Shown: piece by piece, positions 18,991 to 31,585 of the stretch
Layout: the number at the start of each line of letters is the position of its first letter
Numbering within the stretch: position 1 is the stretch's first letter
Assembly (NCBI GenBank): GCA_963826115.1
Contig: CAWGVS010000005.1
Coordinates: 1,536,001-1,600,000, forward strand
Direction of reading: 5' to 3'
DNA from: an uncultured Candidatus Rokubacteria bacterium
GTDB lineage: Bacteria; Methylomirabilota; Methylomirabilia; Rokubacteriales; DASRDR01
DNA: 64,000 nt
Notes under the pieces: generated by a model
Databases searched by the model: none
What the model was told of the DNA's origin: nothing
The model's input: only the letters and a program-made list of their open reading frames with translations
Position numbers and translations under genes: made by a program

Positions 18991-20229
18991 TCAGGGCGAC
19001 TCGGTGTTCCAGAGGAACTCGCGCCGGCCGCCACGGGGCACGACGACCAGCCCGGACGCGTCGACCCGGTAGCGCTCCCGGTCCGCGGCGGGATCGAGCC
19101 CGAGCTGCTGCCCCGCCGAGATGATGTTGTAGCGGTCCACGATGCTGCGCCGGAGGTGGGCGCCCTTCCCGACCGACGTGAAGTCCATGACGATCGAGTC
19201 CTCGATCACCGCGCCCTCGTTCACCCACACGCCCCGGCCCAGGATCGAGTTCCGGATCGTGGCCCGCACGACGAGGGACCCCTCGCCGACCTGGGCGTTC
19301 TCGAAGTCCCCGCCGATGATCCGGGCCGGCGGGCCGTCGTACCGGCCCGCGTGGATCGGCCAGCGCCGGTTGTCGAGGTCCAACGCCGGGGTCTCGCCCA
19401 GGAGGTCCATGTGCGCCCGCCAGTACGCGTCGAGCTCGCCCACGTCTCGCCAGTACCCGGGCTCCTCGTAGGGCTTGATGCCGGGCACGATGTTCCCCTG
19501 GAAGTCGTAGGCGAAGACGCGGGCCGACGGGACCAGCGCGGGGATGATGCTCTTCCCGAAGTCGTGGTCGGTGGCCTGCCGCGCGTCGGCGAGCAGCGCG
19601 TCGACGAGGACTCGCCGCGAGAACAGGTAGTTCCCCATCGACACCAGCGCCTGCTTCGGGTTCCCGGGCATGCCCCGCGGCGACGCGGGCTTCTCGGCGA
19701 ACTCGACGACGCGCCCGGTCGCGTCCACGACCAGGTTCCCGAAGCTCGAGGCCTCGGCGACCGGAACGGGGCGCGCGGCCACCGTGACGTCGGCGTCGTG
19801 CTCGCGGTGAAACGCCACCATCTGGTTCACGTCCATCCGGTAGATGTGATCGGCGCCGAACACCGCGACCAGGTCGGGGTCGAAGTCGTCGATCAGGTTC
19901 AGGTTCTGGAGCACGGCGTCCGCGCTGCCGCGGAACCACATCTCCCCGATCCGCATCTGCGGCGGCACGACCGCGATGAAGTGGTCGGGCACCAGGCCGC
20001 TCGTCTGCCAGGCCACCCGGAGGTGCTCGATCAGCGACTGCGACATGTACTGCACGAGGACGTAGAGCGAGAGGATCCGGGAATTGACGAAGTTCGAGAG
20101 GACGAAGTCGATGATGCGGTAGCGGCCGCCGAAGGGAACGGCGGGCTTGCTGCGCTCGCGCGTCAGGGGGTCGAGACGCGAGCCCTTCCCTCCGGCGAGG
20201 ATCAGGGCGAGAACGCGGTCTCGCGGCAT
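18991..20229 (-). CDS. glgC: Glucose-1-phosphate adenylyltransferase
   Basis: LAGGKGSRL, KPAVPFGGRYRIIDF, GADHIYRMD, EKP, SMGNY, YWRDVG. Confidence 0.96.
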   Translation of the reverse strand: MPRDRVLALILAGGKGSRLDPLTRERSKPAVPFGGRYRIIDFVLSNFVNSRILSLYVLVQYMSQSLIEHLRVAWQTSGLVPDHFIAVVPPQMRIGEMWFRGSADAVLQNLNLIDDFDPDLVAVFGADHIYRMDVNQMVAFHREHDADVTVAARPVPVAEASSFGNLVVDATGRVVEFAEKPASPRGMPGNPKQALVSMGNYLFSRRVLVDALLADARQATDHDFGKSIIPALVPSARVFAYDFQGNIVPGIKPYEEPGYWRDVGELDAYWRAHMDLLGETPALDLDNRRWPIHAGRYDGPPARIIGGDFENAQVGEGSLVVRATIRNSILGRGVWVNEGAVIEDSIVMDFTSVGKGAHLRRSIVDRYNIISAGQQLGLDPAADRERYRVDASGLVVVPRGGRREFLWNTESP

Positions 20230-20289
20230 CGGTCGGCCCTCGGGTGCCCGGCGCCTCAGTGGAACCTCGGCAGCGCGGTCCGGAGTATA

Positions 20290-22524
20290 TCAGGCCCCGG
20301 GCTTCAGCATCACGACGCCGAGCGGAGGGAGGGTGAGGGTCACGGAGAACGGCTGGCCGGTCCACGGCCGGGCCTCGGCCCGGACGCCGCCGGCGTTACC
20401 GAGATTGCTCCCCCCGTAGTAGCCGGCGTCGGTGTTGAGGAGCTCCCGGTAGAACCCCTCGAACGGGACGCCGACCCGGTAGCCGTGGCGGGGCACGGGG
20501 GTGAAGTTGCACGCGACGAGCACGACGTCCCGGGGGTCCCGCGCCCGCCGGACGAAGGCCACCACGCTCTGCTCGGCGTCGGAGCAGTCCATCCACTGGA
20601 AGCCTGCGGGCTCGAAGTCGACCTGGTGCAGCGCCGGCTCCGTTCGGTAGACGCGGTTCAGGTCGCGGACGAGCGCCTGGAGCCCCCGGTGGTAGGGCCC
20701 CGCGTCGAGGAGGTGCCAGTCGAGGCTCCGGTCGTGGTTCCACTCGCGCGTCTGGCCGAACTCCCCGCCCATGAAGACGTGCTTCTTGCCGGGGTGCCCG
20801 TACATGAAGCCGTAGAGCGCCCGCAGTCCGGCGAACTTCTGCCAGTCGTTGCCCGGCATCCGCGCGTGGAGCGAGCCCTTGCCGTGGACCATCTCGTCGT
20901 GGGACAGGGGGAGGACGAAGTTCTCGTGCCACGCGTACAGGAGCCCGAAGGTGAGCTTGTTGTGGTGGTACTTCCGGTAGACCGCGTCGCGACTCATGTA
21001 GTCGAGCACGTCGTGCATCCAGCCCATGTTCCACTTGAAGCCGAAGCCGAGTCCGCCCACGTACGTGGGGCGCGAGACCATCGGCCACGACGTGGACTCC
21101 TCGGCGATCGTCATGGTGGCGGGGTGGTACTGGTAGATGACCTCGTTGAACCGCCGGATGAAGGCGATCGCCTCGAGGTTCTCCCGGCCTCCGTGCCGGT
21201 TCGGCAGCCACTCCCCGGGCCGCTTGGAGTAGTCGAGGTAGAGCATCGAGGCGACGGCGTCGACCCGAAGCCCGTCGAGGTGATAGCGCGCGAGCCAGTA
21301 GAGGGCGTTGCCGATGAGGTAGTTGGCGACCTCGTGCCGGCCGAAATTGAAGAGGAGCGTCCCCCAGTCCGGCTGTTCGCGCCGCCGGGGGTCGGCGTGC
21401 TCGTAGAGGTAGGTGCCGTCGAAGTACGCGAGGCCCTGCGGGTCCCGGGGGAAGTGCGCGGGCACCCAGTCGAGGATGACGCCAAGGCCCCGGGCGTGCA
21501 GCGCGTCGACGAACCCCATGAAGTCCTGCGCCGTCCCGTACCGCCGGGTCGGCGCGAAGGCGCCGATCTGCTGGTACCCCCACGAGCCGTAGAACGGGTG
21601 CTCGCCCACCGGCAGGAGCTCGACGTGCGTGTAGCCCATGTCGCGCGCGTAGTCCCCCAGGGACTCGCCGAGCTCGCGGTAGGTCAGGAACCGGTCGCCC
21701 TCGTCGGGAACGCGGCGCCAGGACCCCAGGTGGACCTCGTAGATCGTGACGGGAGCGTCGAGCGCGTTCCGCCGCGCGCGCTCGGCCATCCATGCGCCGT
21801 CGTTCCAGGCGTAGCCGTCGAGCGAGGCCACCACGGAGGCGGTGCGCGGCTCCTCGATCTCGAACTCGAAGGCGAAGGGATCGGCCTTGAGCGGCAGGAG
21901 CGCGCCGTCCGGGCCCAGGAGCTCGAACTTGTACCGGCTCCCCTCCCCGAGCTCCGGAACGAACAGCTCCCAGATGCCGGCGCCCGGATGGCGTCGCATC
22001 GGGTGGCGGCGGCCGTCCCACCCGTTGAAGTCGCCGACGACGCTCACCCGGCGGGCGCTCGGCGCCCACACGGAGAAGACCACGCCCGCCACCCCGTCGA
22101 GGACGAGCGCGTGCGCGCCGAGCTTCTCGTAGGCTTGGTAGTGGGTGCCCTCGCCCAGGAGGAGCCGGTCGAAGTCCGACAGGGTCGATGGGAACCGGTA
22201 GGGGTCGTCGATCTCGCGCACCCGCCCCGGGCCTTCCGTCACCGCGAGACGATAGCGGAACGGCGCAGCGCGCTCCGGAAACGTCGCCTCGAAGACGCCG
22301 TCCGGATGCAGACGCTCCATGACGCGCGGAGCCAGGCCGGGCTCGGCCGGACGCACCTCGGCCGCGGCCGCCCCCGGGAGGAACGCCCGGATCGCGAGCG
22401 CCGTCGCGCCGTTCTCCCGGCACACGTGTGGACCCAGGACCGCGAAGGGATCCGGATGGCGCCCCTGTACCAGGGCCTCCACGTCGTCTGCCGGGAGGGA
22501 GCCGCGGACCGCGGAAGACCTCAT
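20290..22524 (-). CDS. glgB: 1,4-alpha-glucan branching enzyme
   Basis: IYEVHLGSW, DWVPAHFP, RVDAVASMLY, AEESTSW, LSHDE; start 22524 (alt 22527). Confidence 0.97.
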   Translation of the reverse strand: MRSSAVRGSLPADDVEALVQGRHPDPFAVLGPHVCRENGATALAIRAFLPGAAAAEVRPAEPGLAPRVMERLHPDGVFEATFPERAAPFRYRLAVTEGPGRVREIDDPYRFPSTLSDFDRLLLGEGTHYQAYEKLGAHALVLDGVAGVVFSVWAPSARRVSVVGDFNGWDGRRHPMRRHPGAGIWELFVPELGEGSRYKFELLGPDGALLPLKADPFAFEFEIEEPRTASVVASLDGYAWNDGAWMAERARRNALDAPVTIYEVHLGSWRRVPDEGDRFLTYRELGESLGDYARDMGYTHVELLPVGEHPFYGSWGYQQIGAFAPTRRYGTAQDFMGFVDALHARGLGVILDWVPAHFPRDPQGLAYFDGTYLYEHADPRRREQPDWGTLLFNFGRHEVANYLIGNALYWLARYHLDGLRVDAVASMLYLDYSKRPGEWLPNRHGGRENLEAIAFIRRFNEVIYQYHPATMTIAEESTSWPMVSRPTYVGGLGFGFKWNMGWMHDVLDYMSRDAVYRKYHHNKLTFGLLYAWHENFVLPLSHDEMVHGKGSLHARMPGNDWQKFAGLRALYGFMYGHPGKKHVFMGGEFGQTREWNHDRSLDWHLLDAGPYHRGLQALVRDLNRVYRTEPALHQVDFEPAGFQWMDCSDAEQSVVAFVRRARDPRDVVLVACNFTPVPRHGYRVGVPFEGFYRELLNTDAGYYGGSNLGNAGGVRAEARPWTGQPFSVTLTLPPLGVVMLKPGA

Positions 22525-22531
22525 CATTTCG

Positions 22532-22570
22532 ATTGTACGCGGGCCGGCGCCGCGGAGGCGCGGGTATACT
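22532..22570. promoter_or_regulatory. Back-to-back -10 elements for probably leaderless glgB and ccmD transcripts
   Basis: Minus TACAAT (22537-22532) 7 nt before ATG 22524; plus TATACT (22565-22570) 7 nt before ATG 22578. Confidence 0.6.
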
Positions 22571-22577
22571 ACGTGGA

Positions 22578-22715
22578 ATGGGTCACGCCGCTTTCGTGCT
22601 CGCCGCCTACGCGCTCGTGTTCGGCGTGCTGCTCGTCTACTGGCAACGCGTGGAGCGCGGGATCCGGGCGCTCGAGCGCGAGGCTGGCGGCGACTCCGGC
22701 AGAGGTCAGCCATGA
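22578..22715 (+). CDS. ccmD: Heme exporter protein CcmD
   Basis: 45 aa: MGHAAFVLAAYALVFGVLLVYW then charged tail; coupled to ccmE. Confidence 0.8.
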   Translation: MGHAAFVLAAYALVFGVLLVYWQRVERGIRALEREAGGDSGRGQP

Positions 22716-23179
22716 CGCGGCGCCGGAAGCTCCTCCTCGGTGCCGCGGTCATCGTCCTCGCGCTGGGGGGGCTCATCATGACGGGCGTCCGGCAGTCCGT
22801 CGTCTACTTCGTGACGCCGTCCGAGCTCATGGCCGAGGACCGCTCCACCGGCAAGTCGTACCGCCTGGGAGGCATGGTCGTCCAGGGATCGCTCACGCAG
22901 AACGTCGCCGCGCACGAGCAGCGCTTCATGTTGACCGACGGGAAGGCCTCCGTCCCGGTCTACCACCGCGGGATCCCGCCCGACCTCTTCGCCGAGGGAC
23001 GCGGCGCGGTGGTCGAGGGCCGCCTCACCGCCGACGGCACGTTCCAGGCGAGCACGATCATGGCGAAGCACTCCGAGGAGTACCGCGCGCCGGACGGGGC
23101 CGTGCCGGGCCACGAGCAGCTTCTCCGCACCCTCCGCCCCGACGCCGCCGGCGCCGGCGCGAGCAGCGCGCCCAGGTGA
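22712..23179 (+). CDS. ccmE: Heme chaperone CcmE
   Basis: YFVTPSE, RLGGMV, PDLFAEG, AKHSEEY (HxxxY). Confidence 0.95.
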   Translation: MTRRRKLLLGAAVIVLALGGLIMTGVRQSVVYFVTPSELMAEDRSTGKSYRLGGMVVQGSLTQNVAAHEQRFMLTDGKASVPVYHRGIPPDLFAEGRGAVVEGRLTADGTFQASTIMAKHSEEYRAPDGAVPGHEQLLRTLRPDAAGAGASSAPR

Positions 23180-23709
23180 AGCTCCGGGCACGCTGGCTCA
23201 TCCCGCTCGCCGCGCTCCCGGTCGTGGGGCTCCTGGCCTACGGCTTCCGCACGGACCCCCGGAGCGTCCCGTCGCCGCTGGTCGGCCGGCCGGCGCCGGC
23301 CTTCGCGCTGACCACGTTCGACGGCAAGCCGGTCAGCCTGGAGAGCCAGCGGGGCAAGGTCCTCGTCCTCAACTTCTGGGCGTCGTGGTGCTACCCCGCG
23401 TGCTACGAAGAGGCCCCGATCCTCGAGGCGAGCTGGCGCCGGCTCCAGGCCCAGGGCGTGACCGTGCTGGGCGTCGCCATCCAGGACAAGGATCCTGCCT
23501 CCCTCGAGTTCATCCAGCGCTTCGGCCTCACCTTCCCCAACGCGCCTGACCCCGCGGGCAAGGTGTCGATCGACTACGGGATCTATGGCGTCCCCGAGAC
23601 CTTCGTGATCGACCGGCGCGGTGTGATCCGCCGCAAGCACGTCGGCGCGGTCTCCGAGGCCGTTTTCCGTGAGTGGGTCGAGCCGCTCCTCTCCGAGACG
23701 GCGGGATGA
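23176..23709 (+). CDS. ccmG: Thiol:disulfide oxidoreductase CcmG/TlpA-like with CxxxC active site
   Basis: SPLVGRPAP, LNFWASWCYPACYEEAP, YGVPETFVID; GTGA overlap. Confidence 0.85.
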   Translation: MKLRARWLIPLAALPVVGLLAYGFRTDPRSVPSPLVGRPAPAFALTTFDGKPVSLESQRGKVLVLNFWASWCYPACYEEAPILEASWRRLQAQGVTVLGVAIQDKDPASLEFIQRFGLTFPNAPDPAGKVSIDYGIYGVPETFVIDRRGVIRRKHVGAVSEAVFREWVEPLLSETAG

Positions 23710-24212
23710 GCACCGGGCCGCGCGGTCGTCCCGACACGCGATGCGTGTGGAGCTCCGTCGCGTGGCTCCTGGTGGTGGCCGCGCTCGTCGGCGGTCTCCC
23801 CGCGCTGTCGGCCGCGGCGGTGAGTGAGGAGGAAGTCCACGCGATCGCCGCGGAGCTCCGCTGCGTCGTGTGCCAGAACCTCTCGGTCGCCGACTCCCCC
23901 TCCGAGATGGCGCACCAGATGCGAGATCTGATCCGCGAGCGCCTGGCCGCGGGGGACCGCCCCGACCAGGTCATGGCCTACTTCGTCCAGCGATACGGAG
24001 ACTGGGTCCTCCTCGCGCCGCCCGCCCGCGGGCTCAACCTCGTCCTCTGGCTCGCGCCGTTCGCCGCGGTCGTGGGTGGCCTCGTGCTGGTCGTCTCCCT
24101 CGCGCGCCGGTGGCGCCGGACGCCCGCGTCCGCGTCGCTCCAGGCCCCGCCCGCGGTCGGCCCGGCGGACCGTGAGCGCCTCGCGGCCGAGCTCGAGCGG
24201 CTGGGCGACTAG
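23706..24212 (+). CDS. ccmH: Cytochrome c biogenesis protein CcmH/CycL
   Basis: LRCVVCQNLSVADS, RYGDWVLLAPP, LWLAP. Confidence 0.92.
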   Translation: MSTGPRGRPDTRCVWSSVAWLLVVAALVGGLPALSAAAVSEEEVHAIAAELRCVVCQNLSVADSPSEMAHQMRDLIRERLAAGDRPDQVMAYFVQRYGDWVLLAPPARGLNLVLWLAPFAAVVGGLVLVVSLARRWRRTPASASLQAPPAVGPADRERLAAELERLGD

Positions 24213-24222
24213 GCGCGGCGAG

Positions 24223-25143
24223 ATGATGGCCCTGGTCCTCCTCACCGCGGGGCTCGCGATCCCGGCCCTCGCCTTCGCCGCGTGGCCACTGCTCGGGCGC
24301 TCGGCCCACGCGGCCGCGCCCGCGCTCACCGACGACGACCGCGCGGGGCTCGAGAACGAGAAGCTCATCGCGCTTCGGGCGCTCCGCGAGCTCGAGCTCG
24401 ACCGCGTCGCCGGCCACGTGACCGAGGAGGACTACCGGGACCTCCACGCGCGGTACGAGGGGGACGCGGTCGCCGCGCTCCGGCGGCTCGACGCGCTCGG
24501 CCCGGCGCGGCCGCCACGCGCCGCGCCCACGCCAACCGTCGCGACGCCGTGGACGCGGCAGCCGGTCGCCCTCGGCGCGATGGGGGCGGGGCTCCTGGTC
24601 TTCGGCCTCGTCCTGGGCCTCCTCGTCTCGCGCTACTCGACGCCGGCGCCGCCCGAGCCCGACATGGTCACCGCGCCGCCCGGGATGCCGCCGGGCATGT
24701 CTCCGAGCTCGGGCGGGCCGCCGCGGCCGCTCTCGAAGGAGATGCTGCAGGGCATGCTCCAGGCGGCCCACGCGAGCCTCGACGCGGGCCGCTACCAGGA
24801 AGCGATCGCCGCCTACACCGCGGTGCTCCGGCGCGAGCCCCGGAACGTCGACGCGATCACCCATCTCGGCGTGATCCTGGCCCTGGCCGGCCACCACACC
24901 GACGCCCTCGAGGCGTTCGACCGGGCGCTCGCGATCGATCCCGACTACGCGCACGCCCTCTGGGACAAGGCGGGAACGCAGGAAGCGCTCCAGGACCACG
25001 GGGGCGCCGTCGCCACGCTCGAGCGTTTCGTCCGCGTCGCGCCGCCCGGACCCGACCGGGACCGCGCGCAGGCGCGCCTCCGCGAAGCGAAGGCGAAGCT
25101 CGCCACGGCGCCGAAGCCGGGCGCGGCGAGCCCGGGCCGATGA
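24223..25143 (+). CDS. ccmI: CcmI-like TPR membrane protein
   Basis: N-terminal TM, LRELELDRVAG..EEDY, second TM, C-terminal TPRs; ccm context. Confidence 0.75.
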   Translation: MMALVLLTAGLAIPALAFAAWPLLGRSAHAAAPALTDDDRAGLENEKLIALRALRELELDRVAGHVTEEDYRDLHARYEGDAVAALRRLDALGPARPPRAAPTPTVATPWTRQPVALGAMGAGLLVFGLVLGLLVSRYSTPAPPEPDMVTAPPGMPPGMSPSSGGPPRPLSKEMLQGMLQAAHASLDAGRYQEAIAAYTAVLRREPRNVDAITHLGVILALAGHHTDALEAFDRALAIDPDYAHALWDKAGTQEALQDHGGAVATLERFVRVAPPGPDRDRAQARLREAKAKLATAPKPGAASPGR

Positions 25144-27164
25144 CGGTCATCCCGGAGCTCGGCACGGCGGCTCTCGTGGCCGCGCTCGTGGTCGGCGGCC
25201 TCGGCCTGATCGCGGGCGTGCAGGCGAGCCGCGCGGGCGCGCCGGGGTGGCTCGCGACCGCGCGGCGGGCGGCGGTGGCCAACTTCCTCCTGGTGACGCT
25301 CGCCGTCGTCACGCTCGAGTACCTCCTGATCACGAGCGACTTCAGCGTGCGGTACGTCGCCAACACCAGCACGGCGGCCAGTCCGCTCCGCTACCGGATC
25401 GCCGGCCTGTGGGGGGCGCTCGAGGGCTCGATCCTCCTGTGGGAGTGGCTCCAGGCTCTGTTCGTCGTGCTCGTCGCGCGGCGCGCCGCCGCGCTGCGCC
25501 GTGAGCTCTCGGGATACGCGCTCGCCGTCCTCTTCACGGTCTCCGGGATCTTCCTGGTGATGATGACGCTGATCGCGAGCCCGTTCGAGCGGCTCGCGCA
25601 GCCCGCCCTCGAGGGCCGGGGGCTGAACCCCCTCCTCGAGGTCACCGACATGCTCGTGCACCCCTTGCTCCTCTACACGGGCTACGTCGGGTTCGTCGTG
25701 CCGTTCGCGTTCGCGATGGCGGCCCTGATCGCCGGACGCCTCGACGGCACGTGGCTCACCCTGACGCGGCGCTGGACCGTGACGGCCTGGCTCTTCCTCA
25801 CGAGCGGTATCCTCTACGGCGGCTGGTGGTCGTACCGGACGCTCGGCTGGGGCGGCTACTGGGCGTGGGACCCGGTCGAGAACGCCTCGTTCATGCCCTG
25901 GCTCATGGGGACGGCGTTCGTCCACTCGGTCATGGTCCAGGAGCGGCGGCCGATGCTCAAGATCTGGAACATGGCCCTGATCACGCTCACGTTCGCGCTG
26001 ACGATCTTCGGGACGTTCCTCACCCGGAGCGGCGTCATCTCGTCGGTCCACGCATTCGCCAGCGGCGCGATCGGCCCCTTCCTCCTCGCGTATCTCGCGG
26101 TGATCCTGCTGACCTCGCTCGCGCTTCTGGTCTGGCGGTGGGACCGGCTCGGCGAGCGCGCGGAGCTCGACGCGCTCCTGTCCCGCGAGTCGGTGTTCCT
26201 GGTGAACAACGTGCTGCTGGTGGCTTTCTGCTTCACGGTCTTCATGGGCACGATCTTCCCGCTCCTCGCCGAGGCGGTGACAGGAGCCAAGGTGTCGGTG
26301 GGGACGCCCTACTTCAACTGGGTGAGCGCGCCGATCCTGCTCGTCACGCTCTTCCTGATGGGCATGGGCCCGCTCGTGCCGTGGCAGCGCGGGTCCTGGC
26401 CAGTGCTGGGGCGCCTCCTCCGCGGGCCGGCGATCGTCGCCCTCGTTGCGAGCGTCCTCACATGGCTCGTCTTCCGCCTACCGGTCGGCCTGGTGGGTCT
26501 CGGCTACACCCTCCCCTACTTCGTCGGGGCGATCGTGCTGGGCGAGCTGTGGCGGGCGGCGCGCGGCCGACGGCGCGCGACGGGCGAGCCGTGGCCGACG
26601 GCGGTCGGCCGGCTGCTCGCGCAGAACCACCGGCGCTACGGCGGTCTCGTGGTCCACCTGGGCGTGGTCCTCGTCGCGATCGGCGTCGCGACGTCGACGG
26701 TCGGCAAGACAGAGCGCGAGGCCACCCTCCGGAAGGGCGAGACGCTCGAGCTCGGCCGGTACGCCGTCAGGTTCGACGGGCTCTCGGCGTCGGAGGAGCC
26801 GACGCATCTCCTGGTCCGGGCCGCCCTCGACGTGAGCGTGTCCGGCCGGCCCGCGGGCACCATCAGCCCGGGCCAGCGCCTCTACCCGGGCTCCAACTCG
26901 CCCTTCGCCTCCGTCGCCGTGCGGTACGGGTTCCTCCGCGACTTCTACGTGATCCTCGGCGCCTTCGACCGCCAGGGGCAGTGGGTCCAGGTCAAGGCCC
27001 AGGTGCATCCGATGGTGGCCTGGATCTGGCTCGGCGGCCTCGTGGTGATCCTGGGAGGCGGGCTGGCGCTCTGGCCCGCGGGGCGCCGCGCGTCATCCGC
27101 GGTGCCGGCGGGCGCCCGGGCCGCGATCGCGGGAGGAGCCGATGGGAGATCGGCGTCCGATTGA
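25140..27164 (+). CDS. ccmF: Heme lyase CcmF
   Basis: DFSVRYV, EGSILLW, GLNPLL, HPLLLYTGY, WGGYWAWDPVENAS, SVHAF. Confidence 0.97.
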   Translation: MTVIPELGTAALVAALVVGGLGLIAGVQASRAGAPGWLATARRAAVANFLLVTLAVVTLEYLLITSDFSVRYVANTSTAASPLRYRIAGLWGALEGSILLWEWLQALFVVLVARRAAALRRELSGYALAVLFTVSGIFLVMMTLIASPFERLAQPALEGRGLNPLLEVTDMLVHPLLLYTGYVGFVVPFAFAMAALIAGRLDGTWLTLTRRWTVTAWLFLTSGILYGGWWSYRTLGWGGYWAWDPVENASFMPWLMGTAFVHSVMVQERRPMLKIWNMALITLTFALTIFGTFLTRSGVISSVHAFASGAIGPFLLAYLAVILLTSLALLVWRWDRLGERAELDALLSRESVFLVNNVLLVAFCFTVFMGTIFPLLAEAVTGAKVSVGTPYFNWVSAPILLVTLFLMGMGPLVPWQRGSWPVLGRLLRGPAIVALVASVLTWLVFRLPVGLVGLGYTLPYFVGAIVLGELWRAARGRRRATGEPWPTAVGRLLAQNHRRYGGLVVHLGVVLVAIGVATSTVGKTEREATLRKGETLELGRYAVRFDGLSASEEPTHLLVRAALDVSVSGRPAGTISPGQRLYPGSNSPFASVAVRYGFLRDFYVILGAFDRQGQWVQVKAQVHPMVAWIWLGGLVVILGGGLALWPAGRRASSAVPAGARAAIAGGADGRSASD

Positions 27165-30200
<3,036 letters not shown>

Positions 30201-30214
30201 GAGGGGGCATCCCC

Positions 30215-30841
30215 ATGCTGAGGCTCGCGGTCGTCCTCCTCGCCCTCCTGGCGGCAGCCCCGGCCGCCGAGCAGGCCGCCCTGGTCGAGCGCCTGCAGCA
30301 CGGCGCCGTCGAGGAGCGGCGTGTCGCCGCCGAGCGCCTGGGAGAAATCGGCGACGACGGCGCGACCGCCGCGTTGGTCCAGGCGCTCCACGACCCCGAC
30401 GACGTCGTCCGGAGCGAGGCCCACGACTCCCTGTGGGCGATCTGGCACCGCTCCGGCGACCCGACGATCGACCGGCTCCTGGCGCAGGGTATCGCGCTCA
30501 TGCAGTCGGGCCGCGTGCCGGAGTCCATCGCCGTCTTCAGCGACGTGATCGCGCGGGCCCCCACCTTCGCGGAGGGCTGGAACAAGCGCGCGACCGCCTA
30601 CTACCTGATGGGGGACTTCGACCGCTCGCTCGCCGACTGCGAGGAGGTCGTGAAGCGCAACCCGGCTCACTTCGGCGCCCTGTCGGGCTTCGGCCTGATC
30701 TACCTCCAGAAGGACGACCTGCCGAAAGCGGCGCAGTATTTCGAGAAGGCCCTGGCCGTCGACCCCACCCTCGCGCAGGTGGAAGCCGCCCTGAACGAGA
30801 TCCGCGAGGTCCTCCGGAAGCGCGGCGGGCAGACCATCTGA
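30215..30841 (+). CDS. Exported HEAT-repeat plus TPR protein
   Basis: Signal peptide; HEAT-like RRVAAERLGEIG; TPRs AEGWNKRATAYY, HFGALSGFGLIY (alt start 30197). Confidence 0.8.
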   Translation: MLRLAVVLLALLAAAPAAEQAALVERLQHGAVEERRVAAERLGEIGDDGATAALVQALHDPDDVVRSEAHDSLWAIWHRSGDPTIDRLLAQGIALMQSGRVPESIAVFSDVIARAPTFAEGWNKRATAYYLMGDFDRSLADCEEVVKRNPAHFGALSGFGLIYLQKDDLPKAAQYFEKALAVDPTLAQVEAALNEIREVLRKRGGQTI

Positions 30842-30886
30842 CACCGAGCCCCACGAGACAACCCTCGACACACCAACGGAGGACCC

Positions 30887-31582
30887 ATGACCCCGCTCGA
30901 TCCCCAAGTCCTGGCTGAGCTCGCCCGCATCTCCTCGCCGACGATCGCGAACGCGATCGAGACCTTCAACGTGAAGCCCTGGAACACGGGATTCGTGTCC
31001 TCCGACATCGTGTGCCGCTTCCCGAAGATGCCGGCCATGGTCGGGTACGCGGTGACCGCCCTCATCCGCGCGGAGCCCCAGCCGGTCGAGGGCCACCGCG
31101 CCAACGAGTTCGCCTGGTGGGAGCACGTCGCCGCGAGCCCGGGCCCCCGGGTCATCGTGATGCACGACATCGACGAGCCGCGCGGTCAGGGAGCCTACTG
31201 GGGCGAGGTGCAGGCCAACATCCACAAGGCGCTCGGATGCCTCGGGGTGGTGACCGACGGGACCGTGCGTGACCTGCCGGAGGCCGAGGCCGCCGGGTTC
31301 CACTTCTTCTCGGCTCACGTGTCGGTCTCCCACGCGTACGTCCACATGGTGGACTTCGGCGCGCCGGTCAAGGTCGGCGGGCTGTGGATCCGCCCCGGAG
31401 ATCTCCTCCACGGCGACCAGCACGGCGTGGTGGTGGTGCCGCCCGAGATCGCGGCGAAGATCCCGGAGGCCGCGGCCCGCATCGAGGCCCGCGAGCGGAA
31501 GATGATCGCCGTCTGCCAGAAGCCCGGCGTGACGGTGGAGGAGCTGAAGGCCGCCCGTACCGCGATGCGGCAGTCCTACTGA
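30887..31582 (+). CDS. RraA/HMG aldolase family protein
   Basis: WGEV, TDGTVRD, PGDLLHGDQHGVV. Confidence 0.85.
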   Translation: MTPLDPQVLAELARISSPTIANAIETFNVKPWNTGFVSSDIVCRFPKMPAMVGYAVTALIRAEPQPVEGHRANEFAWWEHVAASPGPRVIVMHDIDEPRGQGAYWGEVQANIHKALGCLGVVTDGTVRDLPEAEAAGFHFFSAHVSVSHAYVHMVDFGAPVKVGGLWIRPGDLLHGDQHGVVVVPPEIAAKIPEAAARIEARERKMIAVCQKPGVTVEELKAARTAMRQSY

Positions 31583-31585
31583 GCC

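Noticed and set aside
19156-23709. 1517-aa plus-strand ORF
   Set aside because: Antisense shadow of glgC/glgB caused by high GC; only its last 177 codons (ccmG) are a real gene
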